Assembly: GCA_030704615.1 (NCBI GenBank)
Contig: CM060732.1
Coordinates: 17,422,001 to 17,486,000, forward strand
Length of the DNA: 64,000 nt
Direction: 5' to 3'
From: Takakia lepidozioides
Lineage: Eukaryota > Plantae > Bryophyta
In this document: in pieces, positions 23,220 through 34,500 of the stretch
How positions within the stretch are numbered: position 1 is the first letter of the stretch
How the letters are laid out: each line of letters opens with the position of its first letter
Translations under genes and position numbers: made by a program
The notes under the pieces: model-generated
Databases searched by the model: none
The model's input: the letters and a program-made list of their open reading frames with translations, nothing else
Told to the model about the DNA's origin: nothing

Positions 23220-26106
23220 AATGCGTCTCCTATGTCGAGGCCCAAGTGCGATCTCTAGTGTCCAATGTCATCTAAGTCCAAGTGCAATCCCCTCTGCATC
23301 AAGGGACCTGTAGTTTGGGAGATCTCCACGTCATTGTTCCAACAAAGCCCACTTTGCTATTTTTGCAATCTCCCCTGTCGAGGCTTCATATATTGATATA
23401 TCCACTTTGCTATTTTTCGCAAATTTCCAGCGACCAAAAGTACTTGAAATTCCAAATCTCCCACATGAAGGGCCAATCACTGATCCTGGAAAGCCCACTT
23501 TGCTATTTTTCCCGAATTTCCAGCGACCAAAAGTACTCAAAATTCATGGGTAGCCTGTGCCGTTGGCCCAAGTGTCCAATGTCATCTAAGCCCAAGTGTA
23601 CGATCTTCTACGTATCCTAGTGTGTCTCCTATATTGTTGAGGCCTAAGTGTGACCTCTAGGGTAGCCTGTACCTTTGGCCCATGTGCGAAGAATTGAGAT
23701 CTTATAAGACTAAGTGCAATTTCCTATGTATCCCAGTGCGTCTCTTATGTCGAGGCCCATGTGTGAAGAATTGAAATCTAAGACCAAGTGCAATTTCCTA
23801 TGTATCCCAGTGTGTCTCCTATTTCAAAGCCCAAGTGTGACCTCTAGGGTAGCCTATGCCTTCGGCCTGGGGGGGTCACTATATGTATTTTTTCCATATC
23901 ACGTGCGTACAAAGGTATATTTGTACTAGGCTATACTTTTAAAATTTTACATTTTTTTCCACCCTATCTTTAGGTAATATTGTAAAACCCTTTGTTTTCT
24001 AACACCCTATTTTTTTAATAATTTTCTTTTGCAACAATTAATTAGATCATATTTTAAATTGTTCTTTTAAATAATTACGGAATTTCAAAGCATGTACACA
24101 AACAAGTACATTCCATATAGCATAAGTCAAATGTAGGACCCAAGAAAAAGTTTAATTTTCATTAGTCACGAACTCATTCAAAGCCGTAGCATCATTTGGA
24201 TCTAAAGAGCACAAGTTTTGAAATGGTTCATATGCCATAGTCACTGTTGAGATTACGATATCAACATCAATCCACTGTGTATCACTGGAATCATATGTCA
24301 ACTTCAGGTGACCTCTACCTGATTTCATCCTGATGGATTAGAGCTGGATGAAATATGAGAAACTTCACAAGGATGGATACATTATACTGTAGATAAAACC
24401 CTTTATTACATTAACTTTTTAAATAAAACTCTCGATTATTTGTGATTTTTAAAAAAAAAACCGGGTGAAAAGATATTGCCCTACCATATTTTCTAAGTAA
24501 TTTTTTTTCTAAAATTTACCTTAAAAATATTACACCCTATATTTGTTCTCACGCGGTTTTGAAAATATGGGGAGTGACCCCAGGGTCTTCGGCCTATGTG
24601 TGAAGAATTGAAATCTAAGACCAAGTGCAATTTCCTATGTATCCCAGTGCGTCTCCTATGTCGAGGCCCAAATGCGACCTCTAGCGTAGCCTGTATCGTT
24701 GGCCCAAGTGTCCAGTGTCATCTAAGCCCAACTGTAAGATCTTTTATGTATCCCGGTACGTCTCTATGTCGAGGCCCAAATGCGATCTCTAGTGTAGCCT
24801 GTGTCGTTGGCCCAAGTGTCCACTGTCATCTAAGCCCAACTGTAAGATCTTTTATGTATCCCGGTACGTCTCTATGTCGAGGCCCAAGTGCGACCTCTAG
24901 GGTAGCCTGGGCCGTTGGCCCAAGTGTCCAATGTCATCTAAGTCATCTAAGTCTAATCATTTTTTTTCCACAGATCCTACGACTAGATTTGAACCGGAGA
25001 CCTTTTCCTTGATATCGCTCCTGTCAAGGTCCCAGGAATGTTCACTTTGCTATTTTTCACGAATTTCCAATGACCCAAAGTATTTGAAATTCCGTATCTC
25101 CCATACCGCATGTCCAGAAATCATGAGACCAAGTTGGTGCACCCCTCCTCATCGAGGGCTTTCCAACGGTATCAAGCACCAGCGCTGGGCCCGCGGTTGG
25201 GGACATCTCAACATGACAAAACGAACAAAACACACAAACAAACAAACGTCTTGCTTCATATATTGACTAGGGGAATTTACTGATTAGTAATATATCCAAT
25301 CATTATTGATATATCTCCCGTCTCTAGGGTAGCATGTGCCGTTGGCCCAAGTGTCCAATGTCACCCAAGTCCAAATGCATTTTTTTTTCACAAATCCTAC
25401 AACCAGATTTGAATCGGAGACTTTTCCCTTGATATCTCTCCTGTCGAGGCTCCAACCATTTTCCCAGGAATGCCCATTTTGCCATTTTCGTGAATTTCCA
25501 GCGACCAAAAGTACTTGGAATTCCACATCTCCCACACTGCAGGTCCAAAAATTATGAGACCAAGCCCGTGCATCCCTCCTAGTCGAGGGCTTTCCAACGG
25601 TACCAAGCACCAGGGCTGGGCCCCGCGGTTGGGGACATCTCAAGGGCTGGCCCGCGGCTCGGGACATCTCAATGTGACAAAACAAACAAACTAACTAACT
25701 AATTGGCTTCCTTCATATATTGACTAGAGTAGCATGTGCCGTTGGCCCAAGTGTCCACTGTCATCTAGGTCCAAGTGCAATCCCCTATGTATCAAAGTGC
25801 GTCTCCTATGTTTAGGCCCAAATGCAACCTCTAGGGTAGCCTTTGCCGTTGGCCCAAGTGTCCAATGTCATCTACGTAAGTTTTTTTCCACAGAGCCTAC
25901 AACCAGATTTGAACCAGAGACCTTTCCCTTGATATCTCTCCCGTCGAGGCTCCAACCATTGTCCTAGGAATGCCCTTCAACTGCATAGGCTACACTAGAG
26001 GTCGCACTTGGGCCTCAACATAGGAGACACACTAGGATACATAGGGGATTGCACTTGGGCTTGGATGACAATGGACATTTGGGCCAACGGCACATGCTAC
26101 CCTAGT
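23220..26106. repeat. Cluster of the Helitron-like non-autonomous repeats, mostly +, with an inverted unit at ~25985-26106
   Basis: Repeated CTAGGGTAGCCTGTGCCGTTGGCCCAAGTGTCCAATGTCATCTAAG and CCTATGTCGAGGCCCAA modules, plus the CAAACAAAC..TTCATATATTGACTAG end module. Confidence 0.8.
23869..24586. mobile_element. 718-bp AT-rich non-autonomous DNA transposon (MITE/MULE-like)
   Basis: 9-bp TSD CTTCGGCCT at 23860-23868 and 24587-24595 interrupts a repeat unit. Imperfect TIRs GGGGTCACT..ATTTT..CGTG.G.ACAAA. Confidence 0.7.
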
Positions 26107-26136
26107 AACAGTAAAATAGGTTGAAATTTCATATCA

Positions 26137-29114
26137 CATAATGTCGTGCCTGCAGAACCAGAACTGGGTGGTTGTCGCCTCCGCAAACTTTGCATGGACA
26201 AATCTTCCTGTAAAAGTAGGAGCAGGGACAGCCCCATCTGGATTCCTCCTTATCATCTCTAAACAACGTTGCCGTGTATCCACACGAATTGAGGAACACC
26301 TTCCTCGAAACGACGGCTTTGTGCGAGCAATTCTCCACTGTGAGGCAGACACAGTCGTCTCCACAATGGCTTGGCCATACTGCATAACAGCGGGCGGAAT
26401 GTGGGGCAAGGGAGCGGTGGGAATTTGTTGCACGAAATCCCCGGTTGAAGGCGAGGGCGATCTGGAATTTCTTGGGCTTCCACTGCTGGAAGACACATTG
26501 TGCGGCAACATGACGGGACCTCGAGGTGCTGTCCGAATGTTCCTGTCGGATCTCCAGGAATCCTCTTCGCACCCGGGTTCCTCTTCAATCCTCCGCCTGA
26601 CAGGGCGAGTCCGGACGTCCCCCTCTAGGTGTTCACCTCTGCGGTGCAGAGGCGTCCCTTTGATCTTCTCTCGCAATGTTGTCGCCCATTTCACTGGATT
26701 CTTGGACCTCGAAGCTGTTCGTACCAACAATTCCTCCCTGTCCGGCCCAAAGCCCCATTGTTTGCCGCTCAGGAACTTGTAGTACGTGGCTTGCTGCATG
26801 ATTGCTCTGTCGATGTCCTCCGTTGTGGCCGTCACTACGTCCACCAGATGTGCGGTAGAAGACGCTCGCCAGGAGGAGTGGACCGATTCTGCCATATTCG
26901 TGTTCGGCATGTCCGTGTCGGAATCCAAGCACCGCTCCTAGAAGGACACAAACAACGGTGAGGGACCAATCGAAATGTCCGTAACAGAAAGACAAATGAA
27001 CGAAAATGACAGCAGCCTACCTCCCGCATGTACTGTCCGAACTGTCGATACCAAAAATGCCACCACCCCAACCAGCTGTGCAATGCTCCCAGATTGGTTG
27101 TCTCCACTGCACCTGACGTGTTCCACCAAGCCTCGATGATAGCAAACTTAACCTCCGCGTCATCAAATGTGGGTGCATCCTTCCACGCCGTACAAAGGAC
27201 ACGGTGTTCAGCCTGGAATGAGCTAGCAACAAATTTGGTAGTGTAGTGGGATAGACTCTGCATCCAATGGAATCCACAGGATCTCTCTTTCCCCTCCATT
27301 GGAACATTGGGGTCCTCACCGTACACACGCCGCACCGCTGCCCAGTTGGCCTGAGCGTTGTCTGCCATGAATCCCCTGAAATTGGGCTCTGGCAATCCCG
27401 CCCTTGCCATCTGCTCGTTTATGCCCTCCCACAGATGCATCTCGGACTGTGTGTCCTCCCCTTTCATCTCGCAGATTGCAATCGTCATGAGCCTCTTGGA
27501 GTGATAGTCATAAACATGCGCACCCATAGTCACCCACTGATGGTTTGTAATTCGCTTGATGTGATCAAACATCACCCAAGCATTCGACAAGTTTCCAGTT
27601 GTCATGCGAGTGACCAAGTCGACTCCACTCCCAGGCCCACACGTCGACATTTTGAAAATGTAACAACGATCGGATTCGCTGCCTTGCCCTGGAAACCTGC
27701 TACCTTGGATGTAGTCATATCCAGTCATTCGTTTCACCTCCAGGATTGAGTACATGTACGACCCCCTGCCGAACTCCTGCTTGCAAGATACGATGTGATT
27801 CCGCACATTCGGACTACAAACGTGCGAGACGGACTCCAAGAGGTCACGCATCTCGTCTTCGGTCAAGGGCTCTCGGTCGGAACCATCTTCAGACATGATT
27901 TTGCCAAGAGCAATCTTGTGGGCTGCCTTCAGCTGAATCTGCTTTGGTCTGGCTCCGGGGCTCAATTTCACCTCCTCTTTTATGATGTCGTGTGCTTCCT
28001 GCACAGCCTCACGCATGTTGCCTCTCGCCAAGGGGTGGCAGTGGACCCCAACGTGTATGCAAGCTCTAGTCAAGTCCGGGAGCAAATGGATTACGTAATA
28101 TTGCTTGGCTCTGCACATGGACATGCACGTCGGTGGTTCTTTGCAATGTGCACACTTGAAAGAACCCGCAGGAGCTTGGCTGGAGACAATGAATGGATGA
28201 TGCGTTGTGCCAGTCCAATCCGTCTCGTTTCTCCGCCCTCCTTTGGAGAGAAAGTGGAAGCAGGTGGGATTGAGGCACCTCAGCTTCCCCGCACAGAGGA
28301 CATATCATACACGAACACCATCAGCAATTTTCGTGCTACTGGTCTTCGTCACACACCAGGGGTGTCCGTCATGCTTTCGATCCATGTCTGTTAACATCCC
28401 GGAGGCTTTCTTTGACGAAGAAACAGGTGGAAACTCGAAGATGACATTGCCATCGACTTCGGGAGGCAGAAAAGTTACCTTTTTGACTGGGAATTTGGCA
28501 TAGTCGAGAGCAGCCAGCTCGGAGCGAGAACCATCGAGGTGATGTTGTCGTAGGAGCTGCACAATGGACCGGGTTGGAGTTATGCGAGAGGGCACATGCG
28601 TAGCACCTACAGAGACGTCCATGCCGGATTTGAACGACCGTGTGGAGGACATGGGTACCTCAATGCAATCATCTTCCTCGTCGGAAATGTCGAATACGTC
28701 CACACGAGAAGCTATGGAGGGTCTTGACGGTCCAGGTCGGGAATGATTATCGTTGCATACCTCTCTGTTGGCAGTGGCCGCCTCTCGGTTTCCGGACTCC
28801 TTTGTGGATGGTGTGGGCAGCGACTGATTCGGAAAGGGAATGGGCATTCCCACAGCTCGGTACAGGATGGTGTCTGACGGGGGAACGTGCCATTCGATTC
28901 CGCAACCTCCGTCGTTACCTAGCACGACAATGGTCTCGTCAACCTGTCCAGGAACATCCTTCCTTTCTTCTTCCAAATAAACTGTGCCCGGTTTGAGCTT
29001 GAATTTGGAACAAAGGTAAGTTTCAGTCACTCTGCAAAGTCCTCCCTCGTTTGGGATCCAGGCTCTCCCAAGTTGCGGAGGACAGCAAACTATAGCGTAG
29101 GAATTCGGAGCCAT
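26137..29114 (-). pseudogene. MULE-type DDE transposase with N-terminal GCM-like zinc domain (copy A)
   Basis: ATG at 29114 (MAPNSYAIVCCPP). In-frame TGA at 28305-28307 where copy B has Arg. Motifs WVMFDH, FMADNAQA, SCGFHW (CxxH) and NTNMAESVHS; intron ~27018-26940. Truncated before the SWIM finger. Confidence 0.9.
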
Positions 29115-29543
29115 CGAACACCGCACGGAGTTGGCAAGTGCGAGGTTCAGTATAGCGACAGACCAAGGCTCACAGGCACCATCTAAGTGGATCTGCGGAG
29201 TCCATCGACAATTGGAAGTCGCACATTGAAGTGGAAAGTATTGTTTCAAGCTACATGCATGAAGGTGGGAGGTTTGATTCCATAGCCAGTGAGTAGGACA
29301 ATGATGGCCGATTCGGCGACGAAATAACATCTCCTGACAGTTTCTCCTGAGGGTGGATCCAGCAGTATTCTCGGTGCAGACAGGAACGTTCGCACTGACA
29401 AGTGCCAGGACTGCTGGTTAAAACGGTCAGACAACCAAGTTGTGCTCATCAAGACTGGCCGCAATTGTGTTGTTTCGGAACAATGCAACCCATTGAGGTT
29501 CCAGATTTCCCGTCACGAGTGATTCTGTCGATTGCTGGTGGAC

Positions 29544-31195
29544 GGAAATACGGCGCCGCATTTCCGTATTGCATCTTGGTCATGCAACAGAGCGACGGAA
29601 ATGTGGCACCGAGTTTCCGTCCGGGGGAAACCTTTATACTCTCCAGAACGGAAATGCGGTAACGCATTTCCATCCAGCAAGCACGGTATGTGAAGGTGGA
29701 ACGGAAATGCGGTACCGCATTTCCGTTCTGATTGAGATTTATGAACAACGGGAACAGAAATGCGGCACCGCATTTCCGTCCGAGTCGCACTTTTCGACAT
29801 TCCAGAACGGGAATGCGGCGCCGCATTTCCATTTTGTATCTGATGCATGGAGCTGAGGGATAGAAATGCTGCAGCACATTTCCGTCCTTAAAAGACATTC
29901 ATACTCTCGAGAACGGAAATGCGGTACCGCATTTTCATTCAACAAGCACGGTATGTGAAGGTGGAACGGAAATGCGGTACCGCATTTCCGTTCTGATTGA
30001 GAATTATGAACAACGGGAACAGAAATGCGGCACCGCATTTCCGTCAAAGTCGCACTTTTCGACATTCCATAAAGGAAATGCGGCGCCACATTTCCATTTT
30101 GTATCTGATGCCTGGAGCCGAGTAAGATTCCGACAGCTTCATACAGCGCAATTCCGACCGGTTGAGACATTCACACTATCCAGAACGGAAATGCGGCACT
30201 GCATTTCCGTTCTGACTGAAAATCGTGAACCATCGGAACTGAAATGCGGCAACGTATTTCCATCCGAGTCGCACCTACCATCATTCCAGAACGGAAATGC
30301 GACACCGCATTTCCGTTCTGACTGAAAATCGTGAACCATCGGAACTGAAATGCGGCAGCGCATTTCCATCCGAGTCGCACCTCCCAACATTCCAGAACGG
30401 AATGTATTAGATTAAAAGGGAAATGCGGCACCGCATTTCCGTTCTGATGAAATATCCTGAAACATCGGAATTGAAATGCGGTACCGCATTTCCGTCGGAG
30501 TCCCACCATCCGACATTCCAAAACGGAAATGCGGCACCGCATTTCCGTTTTGTATGTGAGGCATGGAGCTGTGGAACGAAAATGCGGGAAGGCATTTCCG
30601 CCAGCGTCAGACGTTAATACTCTACAGAACGGAAATGCGGTACCGCATTTCCATTCTGACTGAAAATCGTGCACAACGGGTACAGAAATGCGGCACCGCA
30701 TTTCCGTTCGAGTCGCACCTTCCGACATTCTCGAACGGAAATGCGGCGCCGCATTTCCGTTTTGTATATTCGGCCTGGAGCTGTGCTACGGAAATGTGTT
30801 GCCGCATTTCCATCCATGTGAGACCTTCAACCTTTCCAGACCGGAAATGCGACACCGCATTTCTGTCCAGGTGAGACCTCTATACTTTCCCGAACGGAAA
30901 TGTGGCACGGCATTTCCATTCATCAACTAACGTATGTGAAGTGGGAACGGAAATGCGGCGCCGCATTTCCCTTCTGAATCTCATACATGGAGCTGTGGGA
31001 CGGAAATGCGGCACCGTATTTCCGTTCAACAACTAAGGTATGTGAAGGTGGAACGGAAATGCGGTGCCGCATTTTCTTCCAACAAGTACGGATGTGTAGC
31101 TTCGTGATGGTACTTAACGGAAATGCGGCGCCGCATTCGCATTCTCGCTCCAACTCATCAGACGCTGGGACGGAAATGCCTTGAAATGTGAACAC
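29544..31195. repeat. ~30 palindromes GGAAATGCGG-NN-CCGCATTTCC at a 53-bp period, between the divergent transposase and ParB-MTase genes
   Basis: Starts at 29544, 29597, 29650, 29703, 29756, 29809, 29862, 29915, 29968, 30021, 30074; 30187-30346; and 30419-31055, each step 53 bp. Spacers are variable, with a partial 5-unit (265-bp) higher-order repeat. Confidence 0.95.
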
Positions 31196-31576
31196 GTGGA
31201 GCAACGGAATTGCTGCACATGTCGGCACTCTATCTGACTGAAGGGGCATGAGGCGGCGCGGCCTGACCGTTGGATAATGATGTTTGATTTTCGGACGGCG
31301 GGCGTACCCTCAACGATTCGAATTTCGTAATGACGCAAACTCCACGAGGAGACACTTTCGTCCAACCTTTCGAACCCAAGTGGTGCATCACCGCCGTTTC
31401 ATCTACTTTTGTCGTGTCTCCTCAGTCACCCCTCTCGCGCCCTTTCCATCTGCACTCTTTGCCCCTTTTTCCCTCTCTCTGTTCTTCTTATGCTCGAACC
31501 TGAGAGGGGGGGAGTTCGTGCACCAGACAGGAGACCTCGTCGCAAGCTCCGGAAATTATACTTCGGACGTAGGCCA

Positions 31577-34500
31577 ATGCCGAAGGGGAGGAAGCAGATG
31601 CGTCTACAGGAGGAGATTGCCATCTCCGAGCAGCAGGCCACTCAGGCAACCCAGCCACCAGTGAGAGCTCCATGCGATCGGGCTGCGCGCAGCTGATCGA
31701 GCACCGAACCCCCCATTTTGCTTCTGTAATTCTTAGACTGAATGCTAGGAGACTTGAATGCAGAACATGTTTGCATGCCTAACAGGAAAGGTGGACGTGC
31801 TGGAGGGATCGCAGGAATCCGAAGAGCCGCAGGAAGAGTCCGAGGAGCTAGCTGCAGCACGTACACCCACCCGATCCCCGAGCGCGGGTACTCCTGCCGG
31901 GCCTAGCCCTCTGCGATTCAAAGACGCGTCTTCGAAGGGCAAGTTCAAAGTCTCAGAGATCGACTCGCGTTCTTCGATCATGGAGAATCGCCAGCAGGGG
32001 TCGGGCCCTTCTCCAGCAAAGTCGAAGAAGAAGCAGCCCGTCCCTCTACTGGCTTCTGAACCGGCTCAAGCCGATTCACCCCCCCCAACGCGAATGAAGC
32101 AGCAGGGTAGAAGACAGATTCTATTGCAGCAGACACCTTCACCTGCAAGGATGAGGAAGCAGAAGGCAATCAGGGCGACGGCCGAACAATCTCCCGCAAA
32201 ACCGCTTCCACGAGCTGAAGCTCAGTTCCTGGAGATTTCCCGCCTGCAGATGTTGGGGCCGACTCTGCTGCAGCGAAGGCAATGGGATCGACCGTTGATC
32301 TCGATTTGGTACCGGAGGAGGGTGCTGCCGCTGAACGTTCGCAGGCAGACCTCACCACCGATGAGCTAGCAGGCCCGGAGGAGGCCTCTGCAGTGGCAGA
32401 ATTGCCCGCACACAGGCCCCAGAGTGCAGCTCCAGTTGAGGATGCTCCACCTGCTCAACCACTACCGGCACCTACAGACATGTCTCCGGAGGATTTCAAA
32501 AGTGCAGCGGATAAAATGTTGGAGGAGACACACAGTAGCATTGGCAGAGTTCTGGGCAGCAGGGTATTCCAGCGGACTCTTCGAATCCCACTCTGTCGCA
32601 TGGTCTCCCTTCCCATCGTCAGGCAGGCCCTTCCCGGAGATGTGGATAAGCTCAAGTTCGCATTTCGAGAAGGGTACCGTCTGGGATCGGCAGCGTTTTA
32701 CGTTTCCATAGAGAATGAGGACGGCGAAACCCGTGGACCCACTGCCGATGAATTGTCAACGTGGGATACCCACTGGCACACTCGCAACCACGAATTCGAG
32801 GCGACGCTGAAGGGTGATCCCGACTTCGGCCATATGTCGGGAAAAATGTTCTTTGTGTGGGACGGGAATCACCGACTTCTCGCCTGGTGGGAGTACATCA
32901 AGCAGAACCATGCCAAGCACATTGGCTGGCATTACATGGTGGAGTGTGTCATCCTCAAGGTGAAGGCGGCAGACTCCTCCCTCCTCAAGAATGCCATGGC
33001 GGACCTCAACTCGTAAGATACTCATACCCTCCCTAGCACATTCGAAATGCGGTGCCGCATTTCGGTTTCCATTCTGGTTTGATTCCGTGCTTCCGTGTAC
33101 TGAACTGGAGAGTGTGCCTTGCAGGGTCACTGAGAATGCGTACGTGCATACCCACATGGCACATATGCTGTACAGGGTGAGGAAAACTGGTCTTACTGAT
33201 CCGCAGATGTTTGCGGAAATGCTGGAGCCGGAGCTCATTCAGAAAGCCGTTGCAAAAACAGACCGGACATGGTATCGTCTCACTATGGATGGAATGGTGG
33301 AGGTGATATACGAAGTAAGTCGTGCTCCATTTTCCCTCTGCTCATCCTTCCCCAATTTCCAGTAATGTTTCCACATGAATCGAATGTAACGCTTCTGCAT
33401 GTTTTTGTTGGCAGTCAAAATCAAGCTGGATTTGGCCCATGCCAAACGCTTCTTCATGGAAAGTGAGGGGCAGGTCAAAACGTTGCAGTCATTGACTGAG
33501 CACTTGAAGGAAGCCGGTGTCAAGTCCAGAACCAAATACAAGTCAAAGCTTGTGAAGCTGGTGGCAATTGCAGATCCGGCACTTGGAAAGGACTTCATCC
33601 CCGAGATTGCAAAACACTATTCTCGGGCCATGCAGCCGACCATGCAATTGGAGAAACTGCATCACCTCTCAACGGCATGTGTGGAGGCGAAAGAGAAGGT
33701 GAGGTTTCAATGCACTGAATTTCCTTCCTAGCAATAGCCACTCTCTTCCAGCCACTGACATTGGATCGGAAATGGCAGACACGGTGGCTGTCGATCTGGA
33801 ATGCATCCGAGAGCATAAGGACAATGTGGTCTTTTCCACTGGAAGTTTCCGACCCTGCAGTGGATGTGTGGCTCAACCGTATGACTTGGTGGTTCCAGGT
33901 AATTCAAGGTACTTCCCCAGATTTGCTTTTCTGACATGAATTCCCTGAACTGCTACGTGACAATGCATTTGGGAATGGCAGGTAATGTCGAATGCAAAGG
34001 AGCAAGTCGTAATGCACACAATTCGTTCGGCTTGTACGTCAAATGGGATGGAACACAGACATTGGAAGACTACGTGACACGTTTCAGATGTGCGTACAAG
34101 GACAACCTTTTCGCCAGAGAGCTACAGACAGCAAGAAGGAGCGTGGAGTTTACACATCAGGAGGGAGCGGGGAAAGCTGCAATGCGAATTGTTTACAGGT
34201 GAAGCACAGCTGCCCTTGTATGCGAAGCCTGGTTACGAGGTTTGTCTCGGAAATGCGGCACCGCATTCGCATTTTATGTTTTCGGTGGCACTCTGCCAGT
34301 AGGTTGGTCTCAAGTTTTGCTCACGCATGCTGACTGCCTTGCAGGTATATGAAATACGTGCTCCTTCAGACAGGGGCCTGGCTCAAGAGCCCCCGTTCTT
34401 CATGGCTTGGACCGTGGCGGGCCCAAGCTGTGTCTACACACCCGAGATGCAGAAACAATGGCATCCCGCGCATCTCGTTGGATGCCCGTGGTACCTGGAC

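Noticed and set aside
29544-31195. CRISPR array (palindromic repeats with constant-length spacers)
   Set aside because: Spacers recur in a ~265-bp higher-order pattern, no cas genes are present, the context is eukaryotic, and the same motif occurs singly in introns.
29400-31360. Numerous ORFs with MRCRIS/KCGTAFP/GNAAPHF repeats (also 36900-37700 and 48200-49900)
   Set aside because: They are translations of the palindrome arrays on both strands, not real proteins.
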